DNA of 64,000 nucleotides from Hemiscyllium ocellatum (GCF_020745735.1 NC_083426.1:13020001-13084000); one strand, 5' to 3'. Shown: positions 50,660 through 64,000, counted from the stretch's first letter. Translations and numbers: made by a program. The notes: generated from the letters alone by a model not told the origin.

Positions 50660-53330
50660 AGAGCCATAGAGTCATAGAGATAAACAACACTGAAACAGAC
50701 CCTTCGGTCCAACTCGTCCATGCCGACCAGATGTCCTAACCTAATCTAGTCCCATTTGCCAGCACTTGGTCCATATCCCTTTAAACCCTTCCTAATCATA
50801 TACCCATCCAAATGCCTCTTAAATGTTGCAATTGTACCAGCCTCCACCTCTGCCTCTGACAGCTCATTCCATACATGTGCCACCCTCTGCATGAAAATGT
50901 TGCCACTTAGGTCTCTTTTATATCTTTCCCCTCTCACCCTAAACCTTTGCCCTCTAGTTCTGCACTCCCCCACCCCAGGGAAAAGACTTCGTCTGTTTAT
51001 CTTATCCATGTGCCTCATGATTTTGTAAACCTCTATAAGGTCACCCCTCAGCCTCTGATGCTCCAAGGAAAAATGTCCCAGACTACTCAGCCTCTCCCTA
51101 TAGCTCAAATCCTCCAACCCTGGTGATATCCTTGTAAATCTTTTCTGAGCCTTTTCAAGTTTCACAACATCTTTCTGATAGGAATCAGACCAGAATTGCA
51201 CGCAATATTCCAACAGTCACCTAACCAACGTCTCTATGTCCACAACATGACCTCCCAAATCCTGTACACAATACTCTAACCAATAAAGGAAAGCATTCCA
51301 AACACCTTCTTCACTATCCTATCTACCTGCAGCCCTACTTTCAAGGAACTATGAACCTGCACGCCAAGGTCTTTTGTTCAGCAACACTCCCTAGTTCTTT
51401 ACCATGAAGTGTACAAGTCCTGCTAAGATTTGCTTTCCCAATATGCAGTACATCGCATTTATCTAAATGAAACTCCATCTGCCGTTCCTCAGCCCATTGG
51501 CCCATCTGATCAAGATCCCATTGTAATCTGAGGTAACATTTTTCGCTGTCCACTACAACTCCAATTTTGGTGTCATCTGCAAACTTACTAACCATACCTC
51601 TTATGCTCACATCCAAATCATTTATATAAATGATGAGAAGTCATGAACCCAGCACCAATCCTTGTGGCACTCCACTGATCGCAGGCCTCCAGTCTGAAAA
51701 AAATCTTCCACCACCACTCTATATCTTCTACCTTTGATTCACTTCAAATGTTTAGTTCTCCCTGTATTTCAAGGGATCTAACCTTGCTAACCAATCTACC
51801 ATGGGGAACCTTGTCAAACGCTTTACTGAAGTCCATATAAATCATGTTCACCTCTCTGCCCACATCTAGCCTCTTTGTTACTTCTTCAAAAAACTCAAGC
51901 ATGTCTGTGAGACATGTTTTCCCACACACAAAGCCATGCTGACTATCTCTAATCAATCTTAGCCTTTCCAAATACATGTAAATCCTTTTCTTCAGGACCC
52001 CCTCCAACAACTTGCCCACCACCAACATCAGGCTCACTGGCTTCCCGTTCCCTGGCTTGTCCTTACCACCTTTCTGAAATCGTGGTACCTCGTTGGCCAA
52101 CCTCCAGTCTTCCAGCACCACACCTGTGACTATTGATGATACAAATATCTCAGCAAGCAGTCCAGCAATCACTTCTCTAGCTTCCCACAGAGCTCTAGGG
52201 TACACCTGATCAGGTCCTGGGGATTTATACCCCTTTATGTGTTTCAAGACATCCACCACTTCCTCCTTTGTAAGATGGACATCATTCAAGATGTCACCAT
52301 CTATTTCCCTACATTCTATACTTCCCATATCCTTCTCCACAGTAAACAGTGATGCAAACTACTCGTTTAATGTCTCCCCCAACTCCTGTGACTCCACACA
52401 AAGGCCGCCTTGCTGATTGTGAGGGTCCTATTCTTTCCCTAGTTACCTTTTATCCTTGATGTATTTGTATAAGTCCTTTATATTCTTCTTAACCCTATTT
52501 GTCAAAGCAATCACATGTCCCCTTTTAGCCCTCCTGATCTCCTTCTTAAGTATACTCTTGCTGCCCTTATACTCTTCTAAGGATTCACTCAATCTCTCCT
52601 GTCTATACCTGACTTATGCTTCCTTCTTTTTCTTAATCAAACCCTCAACTTCACTAGTCACCCAGCATTCCCTACACTTACCAGCCTTTCCTTTCACCCT
52701 GACAGGAATATATTTTCTCTGGACTCTCGTTATCTCATTTCTGAAGGCTTCCCATTTTTCAGCCGTCCCTTTACCTGTGAACATCTGCACCCAATCAGCT
52801 TTCGAAAGTTCTTGCCTAATACTATTAAAATGAGCCTTTCTCCAATTTTGAACTTCAACTTTTAGATCTGGTCTATCCTTTTCCATTACTGTTTTAAAAC
52901 TAATAAAATTATGGTCGCTGGCCCCAAAGTGCTCCCCCACTGACACCTCAGTCACCTGCCCTGCCTTATTTCCTAAGAGTAGGTCAAGTTTGTACCTTCT
53001 CTAGTAGGTACATCCACATACTGAATCAGAAAACCTTCTTGTACACACTTAACAAATTCCTTTCCATCTAAACTCTTAACACTATGGCAGTCTCAGTCTA
53101 TGTTTGGCAAGTTAAAATCCCCTACCATAACCATCCTATGATTCTTACAGATACCTGACATCTCCTTATAAATTTGTATCTCAATTTTCTGCTGAATATT
53201 CAGGGGTCTATAAAACAATCCCAATAAGGAGATTATCGCTTTCTTATTTCTCAATTCTACCCAAATAATTTCCCTGGATGTATCTCCGAAAAACATCCTC
53301 CCTGAGTACAGCTGTAATGCTATCCCTGAT
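50660..53330 (-). mobile_element. 5'-truncated CR1 LINE ORF2 (endonuclease + RT), frameshifted, ~2.7 kb
   Basis: ORFs 53093-53296 (LFYRP, VMVGDFNLPNID), 52614-52955 (SDHN), 51744-52340 (KSPGPD, DFSKAFDKVPH), 51341-51616 (SKFADDTK) and 50746-51213; gagtcata tail; sits within an older CR1 (50160-50660). Confidence 0.95.
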
Positions 53331-54379
53331 CATTTCTTATATTTCTAACATTTAATCAAGAGACATATTCAGTAACCACAAATAACCTGATGAAGAGTGA
53401 TGAAGAATTAGACTGGTGCATCATAGAAGTATATTTACATGATAGAAAGGCTCCTATCAAATTAAAAGTTTTTGCAGGTAAGATGATCATGTTTTTCTAC
53501 TCTGTCTACCCTGCCCAAAATTAAACATTTGAAATCAGAGGTGACCCTAGTTCTGCTCTGACAGTGACCCTGTGACAAATCCTGAGCTCCCCACAGGGGT
53601 GGTCACTCTTTTACTGAAGTGCCTGAAATCTGGGAATACTCTCCATGGGGATAGGCACCAGAAGAATGTCACACTGTGTACAGCACACAACCCTGCCAAA
53701 TGCCCAATGGCTCGCCAGCCTTTCTTTCCAATTCTCCCGGGTGACCATGGCTCAAACATGGAGTCTGGCTAAGTTAGTACCCTCGCGACAGCTCTGCACC
53801 CAGCAGGACAGAGGGTGGTCTTTTACATGCAATTATTGAAAAGGATGGGATCACGGATAGTGATGGCCATTTGTGAGAAGGGTTAGAATATAAAATCTGA
53901 GCCAGAAGCAGCTCCAATAGCAAGGTCAACTATTGCTGCAGGGATATGGTGGTGGTGGGGGGGGGTGCTTCCATGCGTCTCAGAGTGACTGTAATGGAGT
54001 GTCCATTGCAAGGGACTGGTGTTTATTTCAGTGGGTTCCCTACACAACAGTTCACTCCTGATGTCATATGATTTCATATGGATTGTGATGTCCACAAACC
54101 TGGACATGTTGTTGGTTTAAATATCTACTGGTTACTCAGGATTGTGATGCTGATAATATCCCACAGCAATGGGAAAGTTTTGGTCTTCCTCCCTGTTACC
54201 TTGCCTACGACTTTTCAAACTTCTCTCCACCTCCCAGCCCAAATCTAGGAGACTCATAAAATCAAACCCATTCTAACCATGCCAATTCCTGTGGTGTCAC
54301 TGTCTGATCTATTTATATTATTAATATCATTTGTTTTCAGTTTGAGTTTTGGTTTTACTTTGACTTTTGGACAGTCCTG

Positions 54380-55012
54380 TGAAGTACTTCCATGAAGCAG
54401 GTTGTACAGACCAATGCTCCGGAGAACTGAAGGATGCAGTGGAACTAGATTACCTCAGAGTAAAGAGTTGGGGGTGTGCGTCCCAGACCAGTGGCTTTAG
54501 GTTAAACCCCTGAAGAGATGATGGAAAGCTGAGTGTTTTTGAACTCAGGTGTCTAATCGCTCCAGGAACAAGCTATCAGCACGTCCAGTCTGTCAGTTAA
54601 AATCACTGGTGACATAATCACATCGAGGTGTGAGAGAGACAGGGCCTCAAGCAGGACTCGTGTACAGGTGGTGTTTTGGTGACTGTACAAGATGTGCTTT
54701 GATACTGTGTAAAAGCTGTTGCTTTTCTTTTCAATTTAAAAAGGAAAGATTTGGGATTCATGGTTACTGCGTACTTTAACATCTTTCAATTTGTGTTATA
54801 AGCAGATAGTTTGGTTTATTCTATTTCATCATCATTTCGTTTGTTAATAAATTTCTACTTACAGTGTAAACAAAATCTGCAGCATTATGTGCATATCTTT
54901 CAGTGAGTGATCACATCATTAAAATCAAAACAAAATAAATTATGATCTATGAAGCCACCTTTCAGACTAGAATCTGACTTGCTCTGTAATAACATGAACT
55001 GGGATCAGAACA
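54380..55012 (+). mobile_element. LTR-like element (probable solo LTR); 3' part shared with 35760-35931
   Basis: Begins tgtgaa, AATAAA at ~54846, ends gggatcagaaca; 3' end paralogous to ...ggatcataaca at 35931. Confidence 0.5.
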
Positions 55013-57159
55013 CAGCCCCATTACCAGTCAATCACTTTGTGATCACATCTTCAACTCACCCACACAGAACGGGCTAAAACCAGAGCAATTGCTGCATTTG
55101 GTGCTGTAATCTTTCAGCCCACATTCAGTTTGCATGTATTTTGCTGCAGTTCCCTCCAATGTATCTTATTATGCAAACTCTAACCATGCTAATGCAATCA
55201 TTTCCTTTAACACTAAACTGGAATGATCTGGTCATTTGTAACACAAACAATTCAATGTGAAAATTTAATGTTAAGAAACAATTAACTATGACATTTTAAG
55301 TGGTTCCATTAATGGAAGTAAACTGCATGGGGAAATTGATTTCAACCACTTCATCTAATTGCTCCTTTATAGCGCCGACAGTCCGTGGTTGTAAGTATTC
55401 GAGACAAACACGTCATTGTCCTGACAGACTGACTGCGTCAATGCAGAAGTCCTTTCAGGGCAAATAGTGGAAACTTCCTAACCTGGAGGAGGTGGGAGGA
55501 ATAGTGAGGGGGTCAAATTGATTGGGCGGGGGGAAACAGTTCAGATTCTCACTGGCAGGATAAAGTGTTGTGAGGAACTTATCTGACCACTAAAGATAGG
55601 GCAAATCTCATAATTGCCGACATCAGAAAGCTTCAAGTTATCTGTTAGTATCTCAGAAAGTGATCCTTTTCAATTAATTATATTTGTCATTTGGAAGGGT
55701 TCGAGCAGAAGGGTGGTACAGCCCATACCTCTCAGCCACAAGACCCAAGTTTATTAGAAAAATATCTACTTGTCAACAGAAAAAGTGTTTCAATCTCTGA
55801 GCATGCAGCTCATTTGATAAGGTTCCATGTGGAAAATTGATAGCACAGGGAAGGGCACATGGAAACCAAGAAAATTCAACAAATTGGAACCACAATTACT
55901 GAGTGGGAGAGATTTTTTTTCTGACTGGAAGTCTGTGTACTGTGAAGTTTAACAGAGTTCAGCGTTGCTCCCTTTACTCTTTGTGGCTTATATAAATGAT
56001 ACCAACTTGTATGGAGATCAGAATCCGGAGTCAGTTTTGATAGAGATAAGAAATAAAGAAAAGAGGGCTTTTGTTGGCATAGGTTGTAAGCCCCTAAGTG
56101 TAACCACACTACGTGTTGGAGTATACAGGCTAAACATAATGGGCGCTGGTCAAAATGATATGAGTATAATTGTGATGATATTTTACCTTGGATATAGATG
56201 ACATGGCGGAAGGGACTGAATGTATAATTGCTAAATTTACTCGTGTTTTAAATGATTGTAGTCAGGTAACTGCAAAGAGGACACAAGGAATATGTATAGG
56301 GAGACAGGGATGAGTTCAGTGTGCGGGAAAATCTTTGGCAAATAGACTGTCATGTGGAATAATGTGTCTGCATTCCCATTACAAGGAACAATAGAAAAGC
56401 AGCACCATATTCCCATGGAGAAAGCTTACCAGATTCTGAGGTACAGAGGGATTGAGGATGTCCTGGGATATGAATCATGAGAAGTTGGAATATGGAGCCA
56501 ACAGGTGATTATGAATTGAATTATGTGATTTGTTAGAAAAGAAGTGGAATATATAAGGAGGGACGGTTTGCATCAGTTGTAAGGAGTATTGCTGAGACCA
56601 CAGCTAGATTATTGGATACAGTTTTCATCTCCCTATTTAATAAAAGATACGAATGGGCTATTCAGATATAACTCACTCAACTGATACCTATCATGGGGAA
56701 GCTCAAAACCTCAAGCACTTTTAAAGTTGCCTGGAAAAGCAGCAAATAACCCATGGAGAAATAATTTACCCAGTGTTAGAACAACGGCTCTTGGGATTTT
56801 GTTTATACTTGTCAAAACAATGGTTGGTTGGTCTGCAGATTTTTGTTTGCCATTGGAAAACTGAGGTTGGCTGAATCAAATAAAGTTTTGATACAAAATA
56901 ATTATTTTTAATTTAATTGTTATTTTATAACCATGGCCTCATACAAATATGACATTGAACTGAGGTGTGAGAGGCAGCACCTGAAAGTCTCCTCACTCAG
57001 CCACAGTGTGTTCTATTGTACAGTCCGGAACATGAGATGGATTGACATGGACATACACCTGGGAAATAGAACCCCCACCTCCCCTCCCCCCCGCCCCCCC
57101 GCCCCCCCCCCTTCCCCCACCCTCACCCCCAAGACACCAGGAAAGTTAAACACATACAG

Positions 57160-57305
57160 AGGGCAAAGTCAGAAGTCATGCGACACCAGGTTGTAGTCCA
57201 ACATGTTTATTTGAAATCACAACCGTTCGGAGCCCTGACTCTTCATCAGGTGACGTGTGATTTCTGATATTGTCCACCTCAGTCCAACACCGGCACCTCC
57301 CCAAC
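57160..57305. mobile_element. Penelope-like family-2 fold-back fragment
   Basis: gacaccaggttgtagtccaac...tcttcatcaggtg / ttgtccacctcagtccaacaccggcacctcc; absent at the paralogous site 47140. Confidence 0.75.
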
Positions 57306-57764
57306 ATGGTTACCAATTTCAGAGGAAGAAATTATGGGAAGTAAATCCTTACCATTTAAACCAGGCATCTCCACCCACCCAATCAGCTGTGGATTTTGAC
57401 AAGTATCTCTTGAAATGCCGAACCTTTGAATGATGCTCAATTCATTCATCTTCATCAATTCCAATGCTTTAAGATCATTTCTTATTCTATTCTCCAGCCA
57501 AACAACTAAAAGATCAACTGGAAACATCAGCCACAGAATAAGAATGCAACAGAGCTCCACTTGAAGATGGGTCAGAAGATTCATTAAATCATGCAAGAAA
57601 GTCCAAAACATTTTGCCGTGTATTTAGAAGTTAGTCTGCAATGTACTGATTATTCACACTTTAATACAATCTGAAAGGCTTTCTAAACAATAGAATTTAC
57701 TTCTCGATATTTTGATAATTGAGTTTTGGGAGGGCACTGTCTGTCCGAACATTGTAGAGCTCAC

Positions 57765-58065
57765 GGCACGGCAGCTCAGTGGTTAGCACTGCTACCTCAC
57801 AGCGTCGAGGACCTGAGTTCAATTCCTGCCTCAGGTCTCCCAGTGTCTGCGTGGGTTTCCTCTGGGCGTTCCAGTTTCTTCCCACAGTCCAAAGATGTGC
57901 AGGTCAGGTGAATTGGCCATGCTAAATTGACCATAGTGTTGCATACATTGGTCAGGGAAAATACAGGGTAGGGTAATGGGTGTGGATGGGTTACTCTTCG
58001 GAGGGTTCAGTATGGACTTGTTGGGCCGAAGGGCCTGTTTCCATGCTGTAGGGAACCTAATCTAA
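57765..58065 (+). mobile_element. HE1-type V-SINE
   Basis: ggcacggcagctcagtggttagc head, V-domain, tgtagggaacctaatcta tail. Confidence 0.9.
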
Positions 58066-58324
58066 TAAAAACTGTCAAAATTATTTTACAGTTCCCATGA
58101 CAACCAATTATCCATATCAGTTGAAGATCAATCAAACAGCTTTCTTAATAAACACAATTGTCAGTCTATTACAAACTGAAACATACTCAACAAAGATGCA
58201 ATATTATTTCGCTTACACAATCTCGTAAGATCGAATAGTATAGATCGCCAGCCTCCAACACTGACTCCTGGACTCCAGTTGAGTCCCAGTCTCCAATGAC
58301 TGAACCTCAATACAGACCTGACAA

Positions 58325-58945
58325 GGGGCATCCCGGCGTGGCATGGTACAGCAACATCCCGGCCTGATATAACCACCTTCCGGCCTGGTGTAACCACCTC
58401 CCGGCCTAGTGTAACCACCTTCTGGCCGGGTATAACAATCTCCCAGCCTGGCACAACAACCTCCAGGCCTAGTATAACCACCACCCAGCTTGGCATAGTA
58501 ACTGCCTAGCCTGGTGTAACCACCTCCAGGCCTAGTGTAACAATCCCATGGTCTGAGGTAGCAGTTTCCCGGCCTGAAGTAACCACTTCCCAGACTGGTG
58601 TAATCACCTCCCAGCCTGGCACAGAAACCTCTCGGCCTAGTATAACCACCACCTGGCCTGGCACAGCAACATCCTGGCCTGGTGTAACCACCTCTTGGCT
58701 TGGTGTAACGATCTCCTGACTTGTTGTAGCAGTTTCCTGCCTGGTATTGCAGATATACCAGACTGGTGTAACTGCCTCACATCCTGGAGTAACTGCCTCC
58801 CAGCCTAGTGTAGATGCCTCCCACCCAGATGTAGCTGCCTCTGAACTGGGGTAACGGTCTCTTGGCCTGGGGTAAAGGGCTTTTGGCCTGGTGTAACTGC
58901 CTCTAAGCCTGGTGTAACTGCCTTCCGGCCTGGTGTAGTTGCCTC
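58325..58945. repeat. 21-bp minisatellite (cccggcctggtgtaaccacct), ~30 copies, inside a composite insertion 58240-59675
   Basis: Direct periodicity; - strand reads GREVVTP heptads; region absent from paralogous copy A. Confidence 0.93.
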
Positions 58946-59830
58946 CCTGGGTTGGCAAAAAACGCCGTGCAGTAGGGCATCCTCAACCCTCTGTAAGGGT
59001 CTGGAGCAATCTCCCAGACCCATGATCCTCGAGGTGAACATCGGTGTGTCCTGGAGACAGGGCAGACTGGAGGCTAGAGGTCAACTTGTGATGGGCTTGG
59101 AAGACCGCTGTTCTAGAACTCACTGTTTTCGTTGGCGAGAAGAAGATTGAGCGGTGACTTAACTGAGACATATAAGATAATCAGAGGGTTAGGTAGGGTG
59201 GACAGTGAGAGCCGTTTTCCTCAGATGGTGATGGCTAGCACAAGGGGACATAGATTTAAATAGATGTCGGACAGATGTCAGAGGTAGTTTCTTCACTCAG
59301 AGAGTAGGAGGGCGTGGAATGCACTGCCTGCAGTAGTAGTAGACTTGCCAACTTTAAGGGCATTTAAATGGTCATTCGGTAGACATATGGACGACAATGC
59401 AATAATGTAGATTAAATGGGCTTCAGATTGGTTTCACAGAAAGGTGCAGCATCAAGGGCCGAAGAGCCTGTACTGCGCTGTAATATTCTATGTTCTAGAC
59501 TTTTATTCTTGCAATGCTAGACATTTCATTTCTCTATTTTTCAAGATTTTGTAACTAAAGAAGCTGTACTTAGGTACCTTGAACCTAAGATGGTGCTTTG
59601 TATAAGGGGCGATGTATAATCTTTTCACTGTAATTATTGAATATGTGTGACAATAAAGCTAATTCTATTTCTATCAAGCATAAATGCATAACCATCCAAA
59701 TATCCCCTAACTACAGTCACAAACATATTCACACACATGCACAGATACTCAAACAGATTTCTCTGCAGGGGTTTGAGTCACTGAAATACAAACACTTCGA
59801 CTAGTGGTTTATTCAAAGGGAAAAGCATAG

Positions 59831-60185
59831 AATAAGACCATAAGACATAGGAGTGGAAGTAAGGCCATTCGGCTCATCGAGTCCACTCTGCCATTCAATC
59901 ATGGCTGATGGGCATTTCAACTCCACTTACTCGCATTCTCCCCGTAGCCCTTAATTCCTTGTGACATCAAGAATTTATCAATCTCAGCCTTGAAGACATT
60001 TAGCGTCCCGGCCTCCACTGCACTCTGCGGCAATGAATTCCACAGGCCCATCACTCTCTGGCTGAAGAAATGTCTCCACATTTCTGTTCTGAATTGACCC
60101 CCTTTAATTCTAAGGCTGTGTCCAAGGGTCCTAGTCTTCCCGCCTAACGGAAACAATTTCCTAGCATCCACCCTTTCCAAGCCAT
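59831..60185 (-). mobile_element. Young CR1 subfamily 3' fragment
   Basis: taagaccataagacataggag tail; ORF 59917-60321 nearly identical to 48720-48945 peptide. Confidence 0.9.
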
Positions 60186-60364
60186 GATTCAGAGCCAGTT
60201 GTTCTGATGCTCTGGCAAGTATGGTCAAGTTACTATTCACACATGGACATCTCAGGAGTCTTGTAGCAACAGCATACTCAAGAAATACAATATTCAGAAG
60301 ATCTTTCAGAAGCACCATCATGTTTCACCATAAACTGATGTAGAGTTTGTTGTTTACAAATGAG

Positions 60365-62640
60365 AGAGTCACAGCAATGCAGCATGGAAAAATTCCCTTT
60401 GGTCCAATTGGTCCATGCTGACCATGTGCCCATAATAAACAGTCATCCCTACTGCTTTTGGCCAATAGCCCTCCATACCATTCCTATTTATTAATTTATC
60501 CAAATGTCTTTTAAATATTATACATGTTCCTGCATTCACCAATTTCTCTGGCAGCTCATTCCACACATAAACCACATTCTGTGTAAAAACGTTACCCCTC
60601 ATCCCTTTTTAAATCTTGTTCCAATCACCCTAAAAATATGCCCCTCATTTTGAACTCCCCACCCAATCAAAAAGACCACTGCTATTTACCTTATATATGA
60701 CCCTCATGATTTTATAAACTTTTATAAGGAGACCCCTCAATTTACTACACTCCAGCGAAAAATGTCCCAACCTATCCAGCCTATTATTATAACTCAGACC
60801 CTGTTTTCTTGTCAATTAAAAGGCACTTCAGCTCTTGTTTGAGCAATATAGAACAGTACAGCACAGTACAGACCCTTCAGACCACAATGTTGTACCGAGC
60901 ATTTATCTTAATCTCAGATCAACCGAACCTACACACCCCTCAATTTACTGCCATCCATGTACTTGTCCAGCAGTTACTGCAATCTGCTGGCAGTGCATTC
61001 CACGCACCCACCACTCTCTGGTAAAGAAGCAACCTCTGACATCTCCCCTCTACCTTCCCCCAATAATCTTAACTTTATGACCCGTTGTGACAGCCACTTC
61101 TGTCCTGGGGAAAAATCTCTGGCTATCTACTCTATTTATGGCTCTCATTACCTTGTCTACATCTATCAAATCATGCCTCTATCAAATTATGGATAATCAA
61201 ACTCTGCAAAGACACTAGGGAAAAAGATATATGGCCAACCCCTGGCCTAAGCTTACCTCAGTCTTGGCCAACATCTATCATCCACATAGTCAGAAACTGG
61301 GGAAGAATCATCTTCATAGATTGTGAGGAGTGTTATTCTGGGAGTTAGCGCTGTGATAGACAGTGATTTGATTGGATGGTTATGTTCCTGCTTTTGAAGA
61401 ATATTTCGCAGAACAAAGACAAGAAACAAAGAACAAAGAACAGTACAGTATAGGTGCAGGCCCTTCGGCCCAGCAAAACTGGACTGTCATATGACACCTT
61501 TCTAAACTACAAACCTGTGGTCTCTTTGCGGTTCACAACCCTCTAGTCGCTGCCTATCTGTGGATCTGTCAAGATACCTCCTCAACATTGCTGTTCTGTT
61601 TCTACCTCCTCATCTGGCAGCATATTCCATGGACTTGTGTAAAACACTTGCATCTCTTTTAAACTTTCCCCTTTTACCTTCAATCTTTATCCCCTGGTAA
61701 TTGATATTCCTACTCTGGGGAAAAAAATCTCTGAACGTCCATTATGTTCACACCTCTCATAATTTTGGAAACTTCTATCAGGTCGTCCTTCAGCCTCCAA
61801 TGTTCAAGTAAAAGCAAACCACATTTCTCCAATCTCTCCACATAGTTAATACCATCCAAACTGAGCAAACCTGTTCTGCAACTTCTCCAAAACCTACACA
61901 TCCTTCTGATAGTGTAGTGATCAGAACTGTACACAATATTTCAAAAGTGCCTTCACTGAAGTTCTATACAGCTGCTACATGTCTTGACAATATTTATATC
62001 CTGTCCTCTAACTGGTAATGACAAGCAAGCGACGTGCATTCCTGACCACCTGGTCCACTTGTGTTGCTACTTTCAGGGAACTCTGGACCTGTATGCCGAG
62101 ATACCTCTGTATGTTAGAGCATCTAAGCATTCTGCCATTTACCGTATTCTTTCCAATTGCAATACACTTTCCAAAATACATCACATCACATTTGTCTGGA
62201 TTAAGATCCATCAGCTATTTCTCTACCCAAGTCTCCAGCCTATCTACATCCTCTGGCAATCTCTCTCACAAGCTGCATCTTCATAATCTTCGTGAAACCT
62301 GAAAACTTCTAAATGACACCTCCCACATTCTCCAGGGAATATTTTTAACGGGCAGTGCGGGCAGTTCCCGAACTATGAGATTGGAGGAAGTGGATGGGAG
62401 ATTCCCTCAGGTGATGAGGTTGTGGATGGTCCTGACCCTGACAATTTTCTCCCATAATTTCCTTGCCATTGACCTAAGGCTCACTGGCCTGTAACTTCTT
62501 GCGTTATCCCTGTTGTTTTTCTTAAACAAAGAGACAACATTAGCTATTCTCCTCTTGGACCTCTACTGTGATTAAAGATGATCCAACAATTTTCCACAAG
62601 GCCCCAGCAATTTCCTCCAACTTCACCCTCTGAGATAGAT
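60365..62640 (-). mobile_element. Cluster of antisense CR1 fragments
   Basis: ORFs 60369-60602, 61710-61934, 62008-62211 and 62544-62816 give RT C-terminal motifs; several distinct tails (gaacaaa, gaacagtac). Confidence 0.8.
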
Positions 62641-63164
62641 CCTGGGGATTTGTCTATCTGAATTTTTTTTTCAAATGTCCAATCCTTTCCGTCTCCTGCA
62701 TGTTCCTCAGTGAGTCCAACTGCCAATCCAACCAATCCATGAGGGTCTGACAGGACCTGCAACTGGACATACTTCCTGCAGATGGAGCTATTCAAATTGC
62801 CTCTGATTTCCCACATTCCCCAGGAAAAAATTACTACAACGCTGACTTACATTTTGACACTCTAGCAGCTATTCAATTAAATATAAATTTTGATTCAATT
62901 AGTTTACTGCTAACATGATGGTTCCTAGTGCTAGAATCCCAATCAAGAATATTAAATGCACTATTCCCTAAACAACGGTCTAGGTATTACTCAATCCCAC
63001 TCGACACGACTACTCACTCACATCCCACTGCTCTAAAACCTTTCGAGTATTGTCGTGAATGGGACCATGGCCTGGTAGATTTCATTGATAATAAGATCCC
63101 TGATTGGGGCTGTGACTTGGCCCAAACAGGGAGCTCCAGCTGACAAAGAGATTCACAAAACTGG

Positions 63165-64000
63165 ATAAATACCCGATCCCTCGTCTCGAGGGCTTGGTGC
63201 AAAATAGACAGTAGGCTGTCCTTCATGAAGCTGGACATGAGCTACATCTACCTGCAATGGGGTCTGGATGAGGAGTCCCAGAACTACACCACAGTGAATA
63301 CCCATCAGGGATTGTACCAATATACAAGCCTGCCATTTAGAGTATCATCAGCCTGTGACCATTTAGAACATTTTACAAGGGCTACCCAGGGTTGCCATTT
63401 ATCAGGATGAGGTACTAATATTTGGAAAGACCAATGAAGAGCACATGGAGAAATTGGACATGGTGTTTAATGTTTCTCCCAGGTGGGCATGTGTCTTAGA
63501 AGGGAGAAATATGTCTTCCAGGTTCCCCCAGTGACCTATTTCAGTTACAAAATCATCAAAGTCAGGTTACACCCATTGGAAGATCAAGGGAGGCTCAATC
63601 AAAGTTGCCCCCACTCCCACTTCTATACTGGAGCTGAGGTCTTTCCTGAGGTTGGTGAAGTATTACAGGACATTCATCCAGAAACTGACCTCCAACCTTG
63701 CAGCCTTCCACCTATTATTGATAAACAGTCAGCCTTGAAAGTGGTCGTGTCAACAAGAAATAGACTTTACGGAAGTGAGAAAGCTCTTATCGCAATCTAA
63801 GTTGTTGTCTGACTATGATCCCAAGTCAGAGGTGGTGCTGACATGCGGTGTTTCCCCGTACAGTATCAGGGTAGCGTTGACTCCCCAGTGGCTCAGCAGA
63901 GAGGAACACCCGTCAGCTTGTACTATCCAGACTTTGGCTGATGCTGAACACGAAGACTCCCAGATAGAGAAGGAAGGCGGTGATGTCATCTTTGATGTGA
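63165..64000 (+). mobile_element. Degenerate Ty3/Gypsy pol (RT + RNase H), runs off window
   Basis: [40 protein letters not shown] (YxDD-like), LRREKYVF, YDPK...VLTCGVSPY, QIEKEG; frameshifts and stops. Confidence 0.9.

Larger units (their letters stand above)
54835..60800 (+). repeat. Segmental duplication copy B
   Basis: Colinear with copy A, e.g. gactgactgcgtcaatgcagaa 55430 vs 44310 and ttcttattctattctccagccaaacaa 57480 vs 47290; lacks A 36249-44261. Confidence 0.85.

Noticed and set aside
53572-53772. Possible gag zinc knuckle (LCTAHNPAKC)
   Set aside because: Lacks C-x2-C-x4-H-x4-C spacing
58161-58958. GREVVTP heptad-repeat ORFs as a protein
   Set aside because: The repeat unit has no stop in that frame, so openness is expected; there is a frameshift in the middle and no splice or start context

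Overview
Repeat-rich vertebrate DNA from a cartilaginous fish, probably a shark. This is inferred from HE1-type V-SINEs, shark-type CR1 LINEs and DeuSINE-like relics. I can support one protein-coding gene, on the + strand: a single-V-domain CD300/pIgR/MDIR-like immune receptor. Its phase-compatible exons are 7553-7876 (Ig V), 13063-13123 (stalk), 21103-21209 (uncharged TM) and 23426-23481 (cytoplasmic, YxxM). A probable further cytoplasmic exon at 33266-33365 has its ITIM-like motif out of frame by one base. Immediately upstream is a ~6.8-kb array of four diverged ~1.5-1.8-kb units. The most notable accessory feature is a set of short Penelope-like fold-back elements that carry minimal hammerhead-ribozyme cores (CTGAnGA...GAAA with a palindromic helix III). 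Most are flanked by 11-23-bp target-site duplications, and they fall into about four sequence families. The window also holds 37-bp and 21-bp minisatellites, a Harbinger Myb/SANT relic, an old dispersed segmental duplication (~35.8-48.4 kb vs ~54.8-60.8 kb), many nested CR1/SINE insertions and a degenerate Gypsy pol at the right edge. There are no prokaryotic features or CRISPR arrays. Repeat boundaries were read by eye and are approximate (+/-10-30 bp); exon and TSD coordinates were counted directly.
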